Positions 47,479 through 56,492 of a stretch of 64,000 bases of DNA are shown piece after piece (within the stretch, counting starts at the first letter, position 1; each line of letters begins with the position of its first letter). A program made the position numbers and the translations under genes. A model generated the notes under the pieces. That model did no database searches. It saw only the letters and a program-made list of their open reading frames with translations, and was not told the origin of the DNA. This DNA is from Candidatus Lustribacter sp. (GTDB lineage Bacteria > Vulcanimicrobiota > Vulcanimicrobiia > Vulcanimicrobiales > Vulcanimicrobiaceae): NCBI GenBank assembly GCA_965277805.1, contig OZ255842.1, forward strand, positions 4,320,001 to 4,384,000. Reading direction: 5' to 3'.

Positions 47479-48444
47479 ATGATGTCGAATCGTTTGACGC
47501 GTCGAGATGCACTCGTTGGTGCCGGCGCCGCAGCGGCAACGCTGGCGCTGCGTGCCCCCGCACTTGCGGAACCGGTGGTCCTGCACGTGTCGACCGTTGC
47601 GATCTTCGGCGCCGCGCCGTTCTATGCGGCCGACGCACAAGGCTATTTCACCGCCGAGAATCTCGCGGTGACGACCGATCCGGTGCAATCCGGAGCGGTC
47701 GGTGTGCCGGCGCTGGCAGTCGGCCAATTCGACATTCTCTATGCGAACACGGTTTCGACGATTACGGCGATCGACAAAGGGATCGACCTGCGCGTCGTCT
47801 TCGGCGGCGGCACGAACGGCAGCAAACCGCCGGGAAACTCGGCGTTGATGAAACGCCGCGGCGATGCGATCAAGACCGGCAAAGACCTCGAGGGCAAAAC
47901 GGTCGGCGTCAACGGCGTGAACGGCATCAATTGGGTGCTCACGCGATCGTGGGTGAAGATGACCGGCGGCGACCCCGACAAAGTGAAGTTTCTCGAACTC
48001 CCGAATCCCGCGCTAGTCGCGGCGATCAAAGCCGATCGCATTGACGCAGCGTACGTCGTCGACCCGTTCATGACGACCGGCTCGCAAGACCCCGCGATCG
48101 AGAGCTTCGCCTGGCCGCAGAGTTCGGTGTTCGCCGGCGGCCAGAACGGGCTGTGGGTCGTGATGGGTCAGACGATCGCGCAGCGTCCGGAACTCGTCCG
48201 CGCATTCAATCGGGCGATGCGCAAAGGCGTCGCTTGGATCAATGCCAACCTCGGCAACGACAGCTACCTCAAGCTCGTGGCCGGCTTCACCAAAATCGAT
48301 GCGACGCTGTTGGCGAAGATGGCGATGGTGCCGTTCGGGACGACCGTCACGGCGGCGCAGATCCAGCCGATGGTGAAGCTGATGCGCGAAAACGGTCTGC
48401 TCGCGGCCGACGTCGATCTTCGCCCTAAAATATTCGCCGGCTAG
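47479..48444 (+). CDS. ABC substrate-binding protein (NMT1/SsuA-like) with Tat signal
   Basis: TRRDALVG signal, DLEGKTVGVNG, RIDAA..VDPF; AAGGAG SD upstream. Confidence 0.87.
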   Translation: MMSNRLTRRDALVGAGAAAATLALRAPALAEPVVLHVSTVAIFGAAPFYAADAQGYFTAENLAVTTDPVQSGAVGVPALAVGQFDILYANTVSTITAIDKGIDLRVVFGGGTNGSKPPGNSALMKRRGDAIKTGKDLEGKTVGVNGVNGINWVLTRSWVKMTGGDPDKVKFLELPNPALVAAIKADRIDAAYVVDPFMTTGSQDPAIESFAWPQSSVFAGGQNGLWVVMGQTIAQRPELVRAFNRAMRKGVAWINANLGNDSYLKLVAGFTKIDATLLAKMAMVPFGTTVTAAQIQPMVKLMRENGLLAADVDLRPKIFAG

Positions 48445-51400
48445 TGAAAATTGCGCGAGCGGACCTTGTCGGTCGTGCCGGATGTATCGAAATGCCAGCA
48501 GCGCTTCATGATCACATCGATCGCGCCCGACTCTTTCTGTAACACGCCCTCGACGATCAGACATTGGGAAGCGCGGATCGTGCGGCGGTACTTCTCGTAG
48601 ATGTCCGGCTTCACGATCACGTTGACGAGGCCCGTCTCGTCCTCGATGGTGAGGAACACGAAGCCTTTCGCCGTGCCCGGACGCTGACGCGTGATCACGA
48701 GACCGCCGATCTTGCACACCAGGTTCTTGGGCATCGCCGGCAAGCGTCCGGCCGCGAGCACGTGGCGCGCATTGAGTTCGGCGCGGAAGTGCGCGATCGG
48801 CTGCACGTCGGCGACGCCCGTCGCGGCGATGTCGAGCGCGGTGCGTTCGATTGCGCTGAGCGCAAGCAGCTGCGGCGGCGGCTCGTCGTCGATCTCCATC
48901 GCACGCCCCAGTTCGCCGCGTGCTTCGCGTTCGTTCAGCGCGCGCAACGCCCAGATCGCATCGCGCCGCGCCGGATACCACGGCGCGAAGGCCCCGCCCG
49001 CGGCGAGGTTCTCGAGCGGCTCGCGGGCCAGCTGCGTGCGGCGCGTGAAGTCGAGCAGATCCTCGAACGGGCGGCGTTCGTTCAGCGCGCGCTCGACGTG
49101 CTCGCGTTGCGCCTCGCCCATGCCGCGTACGAGGTGAAAGCCCAAGCGCAATGCGCCGTCGGGTTCGACGAAGCTCCACCACTCGCTGGCGTTCACCTCG
49201 ACCGGCCGCACGACGACGCCGTGCCGGCGCGCGTCGTTCACCAGCACTTCGGTTGAATAGAAGCCCATCGGCTGCACGTTGAGGATCGCGGCGCAAAAGA
49301 TCGCCGGCTCGTGGCACTTCACGTACGCCGATGCGTAAGCGAGCAGCGCGAAGCTCGCCGCGTGCGATTCGGGAAAGCCGTAGTCGGCGAAGCCTTCGAG
49401 CATGTGAAAGAGCCGCTCGGCCACCTCGCGCTCGATGCCGTTGCTCACCATCCCGTTCACCAAGCGCGGATAGATGTCGGCCATCCGGTCGCGCGAACGC
49501 TTGTGGCCCATCGCGCGGCGTAACTCGTCGGCCTCGCCGCCCGAAAACCCAGCAGTCTCCATCGCCATCCGCATCCCTTGCTCTTGAAACAGCGGCACGC
49601 CGAGCGTGCGCTCGAGAATCGGTTTGAGCGAGGGATGCGGATACGTCACTGGTTCCATGCCGTTGCGCCGGCGCAGGAACGGATGGATCATGTCGCCCTG
49701 AATCGGGCCCGGGCGAATGATCGCGACCTGCATGACGATGTCGTAGAAACACTTCGGCCGCAAGCGCGGCAGCATCGATTGCTGCGCGCGCGACTCGACT
49801 TGGAAGACGCCGATCGAATCGGCATTACACAGCATCTCGTAGGTGGGTTTGTCGTCGATCGGGATCGTCTCGAGCGAGAGCGGCTGGCGCTCGGGATAAC
49901 GGCGCGTATGCAGCGCGAACGCATCGCGCAGGAGTGAGAGCATGCCCAGGCCCAGCAGATCGATCTTGATCAGTCCGAGGTCGCTCAGATCGTCCTTGTC
50001 CCACTGCACGATCGTGCGGTCGCGCATCGTAGCCCACTCGATCGGCGCGACGTTCATCAACGGATCGCGCGTGATGATCATGCCGCCGGAGTGGATGCCC
50101 ATGTGACGCGGAAAGCCGTTGATGCGCCGGCACAGCGCGAGCAAGAGCGCGCCGGTTTCGCCGCCGATCGCGCCGCGCAGCCCCGATACGATCACCGGCG
50201 TGCGCGTGTCGTCGATCGCGCCGAAGCCGGGGGCGACGGGCGTGCCGCGTGAGGGCACGATGTTGCTGCCGGAGTCGAAGTCGCGCCGCCGTTCCACCGA
50301 TGCCGGCAGCGCTTTTGCCATCGCCGGCGGTGCGACGCCGACCGTTTCAGCCAAGGATTCCGTTGCATCGTACTCGCGCACGATTTGATCGACTTGGCCG
50401 AGCGAAAGCCCGAGCGCCTTGCCGACGTCGCGAATCGCCGAGCGCGTGCGATACGTGATGACCTCGGCCACCATCGCGGCGTGGTGGCGGCCGTAGCGGT
50501 TGTAGACGTACTGCAGCACTTGCTCGCGATCTTGATGCGCGAAATCGATGTCGATGTCGGGGATCTCGTTGCGCTCTTCGCTCAAGAAACGCTCGAAGAG
50601 CAAATCGCCGGCGATCGGATCGACCGCCGTGATCCCGAGCGCGTAACACACCGCCGAATTGGCCGCCGAACCGCGGCCTTGGCCGAGCACCCCGAGCGCA
50701 CGGGCCTCGCGCGAGATGTCCCACACGACGAGAAAGTAGCCCGAGAGATCCATGCGCGCGATGATGCCGAGCTCGTATTCGAGTTGCCGCTCGACCTTCG
50801 ATGAAAACGGCCAGCCGTAGCGTTTGCGCGCGCCTTCGTAGACGAGGGTGCGCAAGTAGGAGTGATGGCTCGTCTCGCCGTCGGGAACCGGAAAGTACGG
50901 AAACTGTCCGGCGAGTTTTTCGAGCCGGAACGTGCAGCGTTCGGTGATCGCGAGCGTATTGGCAAGCGCGAGCGGATAGGCATGAAAGAGCCGCGCCATC
51001 TGCTCCGGCGTCTTGAGCACGTATTCCGCATTCGGGCGCAACAGCGTGCCGGCAGTCGCTAAGGTGGATTTGTATTTCACGCAGGTGAGCACGTCGCACA
51101 GTCGTGCGTCCTCGCGATCGACGTAGGCGACGCCGTTGGTGGCGACGTACGGCACGTCGAGCTTTCCGGCGAGTGCCACCAGTGCTTGCACGAGCGCGCC
51201 GTCCTCGGGCCGTAAGTGATGCTGCAGTTCGAGATAGAAGCGGCCGGGGAAGAGATCGCGCAAGCGCGCGCCGATCGCGAACGCGCCGTCGTCGTCGCGG
51301 GCGAGCAGGGCTTTCTCAACGAGGCCGTTCGCGCCGCCGGAGAGCGCGATGATGCCGTCGGTACGGCCGGTAAAATCGTCGAGCCGCGCGCGCGCGTCGC

Positions 51401-51779
51401 GCTTGCGTCCGCGCAATTGCGCGAGCGAGATCAATTCGCACAGGTTGGCGTAACCGCGCGCGTTTTCGGCGAGTAGGACGATCCGCGGCGTATGCGTCGG
51501 CACCTCGCTCGCCGCTCGCGCGGGGCGGCTGGGCCGGATCGGTTCCGGGTCGGCCGTCTCGAGCGTTAACTCGGCACCGCAAACGGCGGGCAGCTTTCGC
51601 TCTTTGGCCGCTTTCGCGAATCGCACGGCGCCGTAGAGCCCGTCACGATCGGTCAGCGCGATCCCGGCGAGGCCCGCCGCCACGGCCGCGCCGACGAGTT
51701 CTTCCGGGTGCGAGGAGCCCTCGAGAAACGTAAAGTTCGACCAGGCGTGGAGTTCGGCGTAGCGCGGAGCGGCAGCCAT
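48441..51779 (-). CDS. dnaE2: Error-prone DNA polymerase DnaE2 (ImuC)
   Basis: YAELHAWSNFTFLEG PHP domain, GRGSAANS, PDIDIDF, YGFPESHAASF, QPMGFY, RQRPGTAKG OB fold, C-terminal SRNFH. Confidence 0.96.
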   Translation of the reverse strand: MAAAPRYAELHAWSNFTFLEGSSHPEELVGAAVAAGLAGIALTDRDGLYGAVRFAKAAKERKLPAVCGAELTLETADPEPIRPSRPARAASEVPTHTPRIVLLAENARGYANLCELISLAQLRGRKRDARARLDDFTGRTDGIIALSGGANGLVEKALLARDDDGAFAIGARLRDLFPGRFYLELQHHLRPEDGALVQALVALAGKLDVPYVATNGVAYVDREDARLCDVLTCVKYKSTLATAGTLLRPNAEYVLKTPEQMARLFHAYPLALANTLAITERCTFRLEKLAGQFPYFPVPDGETSHHSYLRTLVYEGARKRYGWPFSSKVERQLEYELGIIARMDLSGYFLVVWDISREARALGVLGQGRGSAANSAVCYALGITAVDPIAGDLLFERFLSEERNEIPDIDIDFAHQDREQVLQYVYNRYGRHHAAMVAEVITYRTRSAIRDVGKALGLSLGQVDQIVREYDATESLAETVGVAPPAMAKALPASVERRRDFDSGSNIVPSRGTPVAPGFGAIDDTRTPVIVSGLRGAIGGETGALLLALCRRINGFPRHMGIHSGGMIITRDPLMNVAPIEWATMRDRTIVQWDKDDLSDLGLIKIDLLGLGMLSLLRDAFALHTRRYPERQPLSLETIPIDDKPTYEMLCNADSIGVFQVESRAQQSMLPRLRPKCFYDIVMQVAIIRPGPIQGDMIHPFLRRRNGMEPVTYPHPSLKPILERTLGVPLFQEQGMRMAMETAGFSGGEADELRRAMGHKRSRDRMADIYPRLVNGMVSNGIEREVAERLFHMLEGFADYGFPESHAASFALLAYASAYVKCHEPAIFCAAILNVQPMGFYSTEVLVNDARRHGVVVRPVEVNASEWWSFVEPDGALRLGFHLVRGMGEAQREHVERALNERRPFEDLLDFTRRTQLAREPLENLAAGGAFAPWYPARRDAIWALRALNEREARGELGRAMEIDDEPPPQLLALSAIERTALDIAATGVADVQPIAHFRAELNARHVLAAGRLPAMPKNLVCKIGGLVITRQRPGTAKGFVFLTIEDETGLVNVIVKPDIYEKYRRTIRASQCLIVEGVLQKESGAIDVIMKRCWHFDTSGTTDKVRSRNFH

Positions 51780-51787
51780 GGGCCGCT

Positions 51788-51816
51788 ATCGTAATCGAAC
51801 ATACGTTCGATAACAA
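51788..51816 (-). promoter_or_regulatory. dnaE2 promoter with LexA (SOS) box TCGAAC-ATAC-GTTCGA at 51795-51810
   Basis: On the minus strand: TTGTTA, 17-bp spacer, TACGAT, 8 nt, ATG. The spacer is filled by an exact match to the Actinobacteria/Firmicutes-type SOS box. Confidence 0.88.
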
Positions 51817-51831
51817 GAGGAATGTCGCTTG

Positions 51832-51892
51832 TATTGACATGTTCCGACATATCGGATAATGTCGGATCTATCAATATGATTCGATATATCGA
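51832..51892 (+). promoter_or_regulatory. PadR-gene promoter with palindromic candidate operators
   Basis: TTGACA at 51834, 17-bp spacer, TAATGT; CCGACATATCGG at 51844-51855 and perfect TCGATATATCGA at 51881-51892; TCCGACAT/ATGTCGGA inverted repeat. Confidence 0.7.
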
Positions 51893-51914
51893 CACAAACC
51901 CGGAGGAACACCCC

Positions 51915-52505
51915 ATGGTCGACTGGCAGAGCGAGTTCGGCAGACACTTCGGCAAGGCCCAAGCCAAGGCCGGAAAGGTCTTCCGCAAAGCGGGCGGACC
52001 GTTCGGCGAGTTCAACGAGCGCCAGCAGATGCATCAGCGTCGCGGCGGCCGCCGCCCGTTCGGCGAATCCGAGCGCGGCAGCATCAAGTACGACATCCTC
52101 GAGATCCTGTGGGACGGCCCGCGCCACGGCTACGATCTCATGCTCACGATTGAAGAGAAGCGCGGCTTCCGCCCGAGCCCGGGCTCGATCTACCCCGCGC
52201 TGCAAATGCTCGAAGAGGGCGACTTCCTCACCGGGCAAGACATCGACGGCAAGCGCGTCTACACGATCACCGAAAAGGGCAGCGAGATGCTCGCCAAGCA
52301 CCGCGAGACCACGCCCGCGGACGAGGCATCGCCCGACTTCAAAGGCGCGGTATCGCTGATCACGCGCGGCATGCACACGATGATGGGCGTCAAGATGGTG
52401 CTAAAGGAAATCGGCCGAACGCGGAACGTCGAAATGTACACGCAGGCCCTGGCGATTCTCGAGCGAACGCGCCGCGATCTCTACGCGTTGCTGACACACG
52501 AATAG
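51915..52505 (+). CDS. PadR family transcriptional regulator
   Basis: GPRHGYDLM...PSPGSIYPALQMLEE...KRVYTITEKG; GGAGG SD upstream. Confidence 0.93.
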   Translation: MVDWQSEFGRHFGKAQAKAGKVFRKAGGPFGEFNERQQMHQRRGGRRPFGESERGSIKYDILEILWDGPRHGYDLMLTIEEKRGFRPSPGSIYPALQMLEEGDFLTGQDIDGKRVYTITEKGSEMLAKHRETTPADEASPDFKGAVSLITRGMHTMMGVKMVLKEIGRTRNVEMYTQALAILERTRRDLYALLTHE

Positions 52506-54023
52506 ATGAGCGCAACGACGCTGGCGGTCGCGCCTGCTCCGGCACGTCCGGCCGCCTCGCCGTACCTGATTTCACTAACGGTCATGCTCGGCATGATCAT
52601 GGCGATCGTCGACGGCACGGTCGTCAACGTCGGGCTGAATACGATCGCCGGCACGCTGGGCGCATCGCTCGACGATGCGGCGTGGGTCGTCACCGGTTAT
52701 CTGCTCGCGAGCGTCATCACCATGCCGCTCAACGGCTGGCTCACCGCGAAATTCGGCCGTAAGCGCTTCTACGCCGGCTGCGTTGCGATCTTCACGATCG
52801 CTTCGTTTTTGTGCGGTACGGCGACGACCGTCTGGCAACTGACGTTCTACCGCATTCTGCAAGGCTTCGGCGGGGGCGCGCTGCAGCCGACCGCGCAAGC
52901 GATCATCTTCGAAACGTTTCCGCCCGGCAAACGCGGCATGGCGACGGCGATCTTCGGCATCGGCGCGATGGTCGGTCCGGCGCTCGGGCCGCTGATCGGC
53001 GGCTACATCATCGACAACGCCACCTGGCCGCTGTTGTTTTTGGTGAACATCCCGATCGGCATCGCGGCGTTCTTCATGACGGTCGCGTTCATCCCCGATC
53101 CCACGTATCTCGAGAAGCCCAAGGGCGGCATCGATTGGCTCGGACTCGGGTTGCTCTCGGCCGGTGTCGGCGCGATTCAGTACGTGCTCGAGCGCGGCCA
53201 GCACGATGATTGGTACGACTCGCCCACGATCGTCATTCTCACGGTGGTGTCGGTTGCGGCGAGCGCGTGGTTCATTTACAAGTCGCTGAATGATAAGCAT
53301 CCGCTGGTCGATCTGCGCTCGTTCCGGTTCCCGACGTTCGTGTTCGGCAATTTGCTGCTCGTCGTCGTCGGTTTCGGACTCTACGGCACCTCGCTGATCA
53401 TGCCGCTCTTCTTTCAAACGTCGATGGGCATGACCGCATACGACACGGGCTTGGCGTTGCTGCCGGGCGCGATTGCAACGGCGGCGTCGATGATTGTCGT
53501 CGGCCGTTTGATGCAAGTCGTCGACCCGCGCATTCTCACCGCCGTCGGCCTCGTGCTCTCCGCGTGGTCGTGCTGGGCGCTTGGGGATCTCAATCAATAT
53601 GCCGGTGTCGGCGACATCTTTTGGCCGCGCATCATCCAAGGCTTCGGCATGGGCCTGATGTTCGTGCCGGTAACGACCGTGATGCTCTCGCCGCTGCCGA
53701 AGAACGAACTCGCAAGCGCGACGGGCATCTCGATGCTGGTGCGCCAGCTCGGCGCGAGCGTCGGCATTGCGGTGCTGACGACGCTGCTCGCGAGCGAAAC
53801 GACCGTCGCCTGGATGGCCCTCGCCGGCGGCGTGACGCAGAACCACGGCGCCTCGGTCGGCCAGATCAACGGCCTGCTCGTGCAGTCGGCCACCGTGATC
53901 GCCTACGATTACCTCTTCCGAATCTGCGCCTTCGTCTTCTTGTTCGCCCTGGTCTTCGTCTTCTTCATGAAACCGAACAAAGCAGCCGCCGGAGCCGCCC
54001 CTGCTATGGCACCGGCCGAGTAG
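52506..54023 (+). CDS. EmrB/QacA-type DHA2 efflux permease
   Basis: DGTVVNVGL, WVVTGYLLA, GPALGPLIGG, FLVNIPIG, LERGQHDDW. Confidence 0.92.
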   Translation: MSATTLAVAPAPARPAASPYLISLTVMLGMIMAIVDGTVVNVGLNTIAGTLGASLDDAAWVVTGYLLASVITMPLNGWLTAKFGRKRFYAGCVAIFTIASFLCGTATTVWQLTFYRILQGFGGGALQPTAQAIIFETFPPGKRGMATAIFGIGAMVGPALGPLIGGYIIDNATWPLLFLVNIPIGIAAFFMTVAFIPDPTYLEKPKGGIDWLGLGLLSAGVGAIQYVLERGQHDDWYDSPTIVILTVVSVAASAWFIYKSLNDKHPLVDLRSFRFPTFVFGNLLLVVVGFGLYGTSLIMPLFFQTSMGMTAYDTGLALLPGAIATAASMIVVGRLMQVVDPRILTAVGLVLSAWSCWALGDLNQYAGVGDIFWPRIIQGFGMGLMFVPVTTVMLSPLPKNELASATGISMLVRQLGASVGIAVLTTLLASETTVAWMALAGGVTQNHGASVGQINGLLVQSATVIAYDYLFRICAFVFLFALVFVFFMKPNKAAAGAAPAMAPAE

Positions 54024-54034
54024 ACGTTCCCCGT

Positions 54035-54059
54035 TGTCATCCCGAGCTTGTCCAGGGAC
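54035..54059. repeat. REP-like element TGTCATCCCGAGCTTGTCCAGGGAC
   Basis: Shares TGTCATCCCGA with 3874-3884; weak TCCC/GGGA stem; lies just after a stop codon. Confidence 0.4.
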
Positions 54060-54092
54060 CGCCGCAATCACCGTCGCTGAGCTCGGAAATAA

Positions 54093-54138
54093 AATAGTAT
54101 CATAAATGTAGCCTCAAGGGTACGATTGTGATACTATT
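54093..54138. promoter_or_regulatory. 22-bp imperfect inverted repeat (operator) over the promoter of the wHTH-NTase pair
   Basis: AATAGTATCATAAATGTAGCCT-ca-AGGGTACGATTGTGATACTATT; 18/22 positions pair; -10-like TACGAT and TACTAT lie within the right arm. Confidence 0.8.
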
Positions 54139-54146
54139 GACGAGCG

Positions 54147-54467
54147 ATGGATCTCTTCGGCTCCCGCGCCCGCAGCCGTATTTTGCTCTATCTAGCCCTG
54201 GCTGAGGAAAGCTATGTGGCGGAGATGGTCACTGTCCTTGGATATCCGAAATTGACCATCCAGCGGATCACCCGGGACCTCGAGGAGTTAGGGGTTGTGG
54301 CTTCGCGCGTACGCGGTCGCGTTCGATTCGTCTCGCTCGATAAGACGTGGTTCGCAGCCGCTGAACTACGCGCCCTTTTGCAGCGCTTGTCCACAGCGGA
54401 TCCCGACATTTTAGATGCCGCTGCGTCCGTACGCCGCCGTCCGCGCCGGCCCGGTAAACCATTATGA
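54147..54467 (+). CDS. Winged-helix DNA-binding protein, putative antitoxin/autorepressor
   Basis: LFGSRARSRILLYL...TIQRITRDLEELGVVASRVRGRVRFVSL wHTH pattern; basic tail RRRPRRPGKPL. Confidence 0.75.
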   Translation: MDLFGSRARSRILLYLALAEESYVAEMVTVLGYPKLTIQRITRDLEELGVVASRVRGRVRFVSLDKTWFAAAELRALLQRLSTADPDILDAAASVRRRPRRPGKPL

Positions 54468-55027
54468 ACCTCACGAACGCCTCGACGCTCATCGACGTTG
54501 CTTTTGCCGTTTGCACGGCGCTGGCTCGAGCGAGTGCCGTGGGCGTACTCACCGGTGGAAGCGCCGCGACATATTACGTTCCCGAGCGTTATCAGTCGCT
54601 GGACGTCGACTTTGTCTTGCGTGTCGTGCCGCAGAAGGGCGCCATCGACGAAGCCATGGGTAGCCTCGGATACCATCGCGCTCCAACGGGAATGTACGAG
54701 CACTCTGATATCCCGATAACCGTGGAGTTTCCGCATGGTCCGCTGAGTATTGGGCGGGACCTCATTCAGACATGGGCAACCGAACGCCGGGGTGATGAAC
54801 TATTGTATATCCTGAGCATAACGGATTGCGTACGCGATCGCTTTATGCACTTCTGGGCTTGGAACGATCGTTCAGCACTTGAGCTCGCACTCGAGATAGC
54901 TCAGCGATACAGCGAGCGATTCGACGCAGACGCTTTTCGCGCGTGGACAGCAGCGGAGCAAGTCGCAGATGCCTCGTACGCGCAAGAAAAAGTCGACGAG
55001 TTCTTTCGTCGCTTAACGGCCATATGA
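54464..55027 (+). CDS. Predicted Pol-beta-superfamily nucleotidyltransferase, putative toxin
   Basis: VLTGGSA...SLDVDFV (GG/GS...DxD) motif, downstream VEF acidic residue; ATGA overlap with the wHTH gene. Confidence 0.68.
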   Translation: MNLTNASTLIDVAFAVCTALARASAVGVLTGGSAATYYVPERYQSLDVDFVLRVVPQKGAIDEAMGSLGYHRAPTGMYEHSDIPITVEFPHGPLSIGRDLIQTWATERRGDELLYILSITDCVRDRFMHFWAWNDRSALELALEIAQRYSERFDADAFRAWTAAEQVADASYAQEKVDEFFRRLTAI

Positions 55028-55527
55028 TTCCGGATCCGGTGGCGGTTGACGCCAACGAGTTCGATGCGGAGATCGTGCGCGCAGATTATCGAGCGCATCA
55101 TCGGGTGCCGCGGCCGGGACTCGCCGTCGCCGGAGCCGGCTTTCTCGTACTTGCACTGCTCAATTGGATGCGACACTGGCCGTTCTCACATTACTGGTGG
55201 CTGCTGCTTTTTGGTGTCGCGTACATCGCAATGTCGATGCGCGCCGGGAAAGGCTTTCCGTCGGTGGTGCTTCCATCCGGCCTGCATTTTTCGGGCACGG
55301 GTATCGATCTCGATGTGCCGTTTGTAAAAGACCCGCGTCGCCATTATTCGTGGCACGGAATACGGATCGACGATATCGGCGAAGTGTTCGTGCTCGTTCC
55401 GTCGTTCGGGAAACGCGTGGTGATCCCCAAACGCTCGTTCCCCGACGGCGGACGTGAAGCATGGGCATTCTTCACCGCCAATCACGTTGCCGGAAGGACG
55501 CCACTCGCAACTCCCGTACGGGCGTAA
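55024..55527 (+). CDS. YcxB-like membrane protein
   Basis: Two TM segments, then YSW..I...FVL...VVIPKRSF; ATGA overlap with the NTase stop. Confidence 0.65.
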   Translation: MIPDPVAVDANEFDAEIVRADYRAHHRVPRPGLAVAGAGFLVLALLNWMRHWPFSHYWWLLLFGVAYIAMSMRAGKGFPSVVLPSGLHFSGTGIDLDVPFVKDPRRHYSWHGIRIDDIGEVFVLVPSFGKRVVIPKRSFPDGGREAWAFFTANHVAGRTPLATPVRA

Positions 55528-55529
55528 CG

Positions 55530-56489
55530 ATGCAGTATCGGAAGATTGGCCGCTGGGGGATGGCGGTTTCGAGCGTTGGACTTGGGTCGTGGCTCACCTA
55601 TGGCGGCAGCGTGGAAGAAGCGACGGCGCGGGCGTGTATGCGGCGGGCGTACGAGCTGGGAGTTACGTTCTTCGATACGGCCAACGTGTATGCGGGCGGT
55701 CGGGCGGAAGAAGTCGTCGGGCGCGCGATCAAAGATTTCGCGCGCGATTCGATCGTGCTCGCAACGAAAGTCTATTTTCCGATGGGCCGCGGCCCCAACG
55801 ATGCGGGCCTCTCGCGCAAGCATATCCGTATGCAGATCGACGCGAGCTTGCGGCGCTTAGATGTCGAATACGTTGACCTCTACCAGTGCCATCGCTACGA
55901 TGAGGACACGCCGCTGGACGAAACGTGCAGTGTGATGAACGATCTCGTGCGCGCCGGCAAGATTCTGTACTGGGGTGTCTCGGAATGGAGCGCCGACCAG
56001 ATTACCGCTGCCTGCACGTTGGCGCGGGAAAACGGCTGGGCGCCGCCGATCAGCAATCAGCCGCAGTACAGCGCGCTCTGGCGCCACGTGCAGCGCGACG
56101 TCTTTCCGGCCTGCCGCGAATTCGGGCTCGGCAACGTCGTGTGGTCGCCGCTCGCGCAAGGCATTCTCACCGGCAAGTATACCTCGGCGCGCACCGTGCC
56201 GCAGGGTACGCGCGCATCCTCGAACGCGGCCGGCATGATGACCGACTACTTCACGCAGCCCGTGCTCGATGCGGTGGCGCGCATCAAACCGCTGGCCGAA
56301 CGCGCCGGCTGCACGATGGCGCAACTTGCACTGGCGTGGTGCTTGCGTGACACGATCGTATCGGCGGTGATCGTCGGTGCAACGCGGCCCGAACAGGTCG
56401 ACGACAACGTTGCCGCCGCCGACCTGCAGATCGATCCGGTCATCTTCCAGCAGATGGACCAGATTCTCACGCCGGTCGCGCCGGGCTAA
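55530..56489 (+). CDS. Aldo/keto reductase (Kv-beta-like)
   Basis: GLGSWLTYG, FFDTANVY, LATKV, YVDLYQCH, WGVSEW, WSPLAQG. Confidence 0.94.
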   Translation: MQYRKIGRWGMAVSSVGLGSWLTYGGSVEEATARACMRRAYELGVTFFDTANVYAGGRAEEVVGRAIKDFARDSIVLATKVYFPMGRGPNDAGLSRKHIRMQIDASLRRLDVEYVDLYQCHRYDEDTPLDETCSVMNDLVRAGKILYWGVSEWSADQITAACTLARENGWAPPISNQPQYSALWRHVQRDVFPACREFGLGNVVWSPLAQGILTGKYTSARTVPQGTRASSNAAGMMTDYFTQPVLDAVARIKPLAERAGCTMAQLALAWCLRDTIVSAVIVGATRPEQVDDNVAAADLQIDPVIFQQMDQILTPVAPG

Positions 56490-56492
56490 GTT

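Noticed and set aside
50160-50345. Intein in DnaE2
   Set aside because: The insertion is too short and lacks an N-terminal Cys/Ser block and a C-terminal His-Asn.
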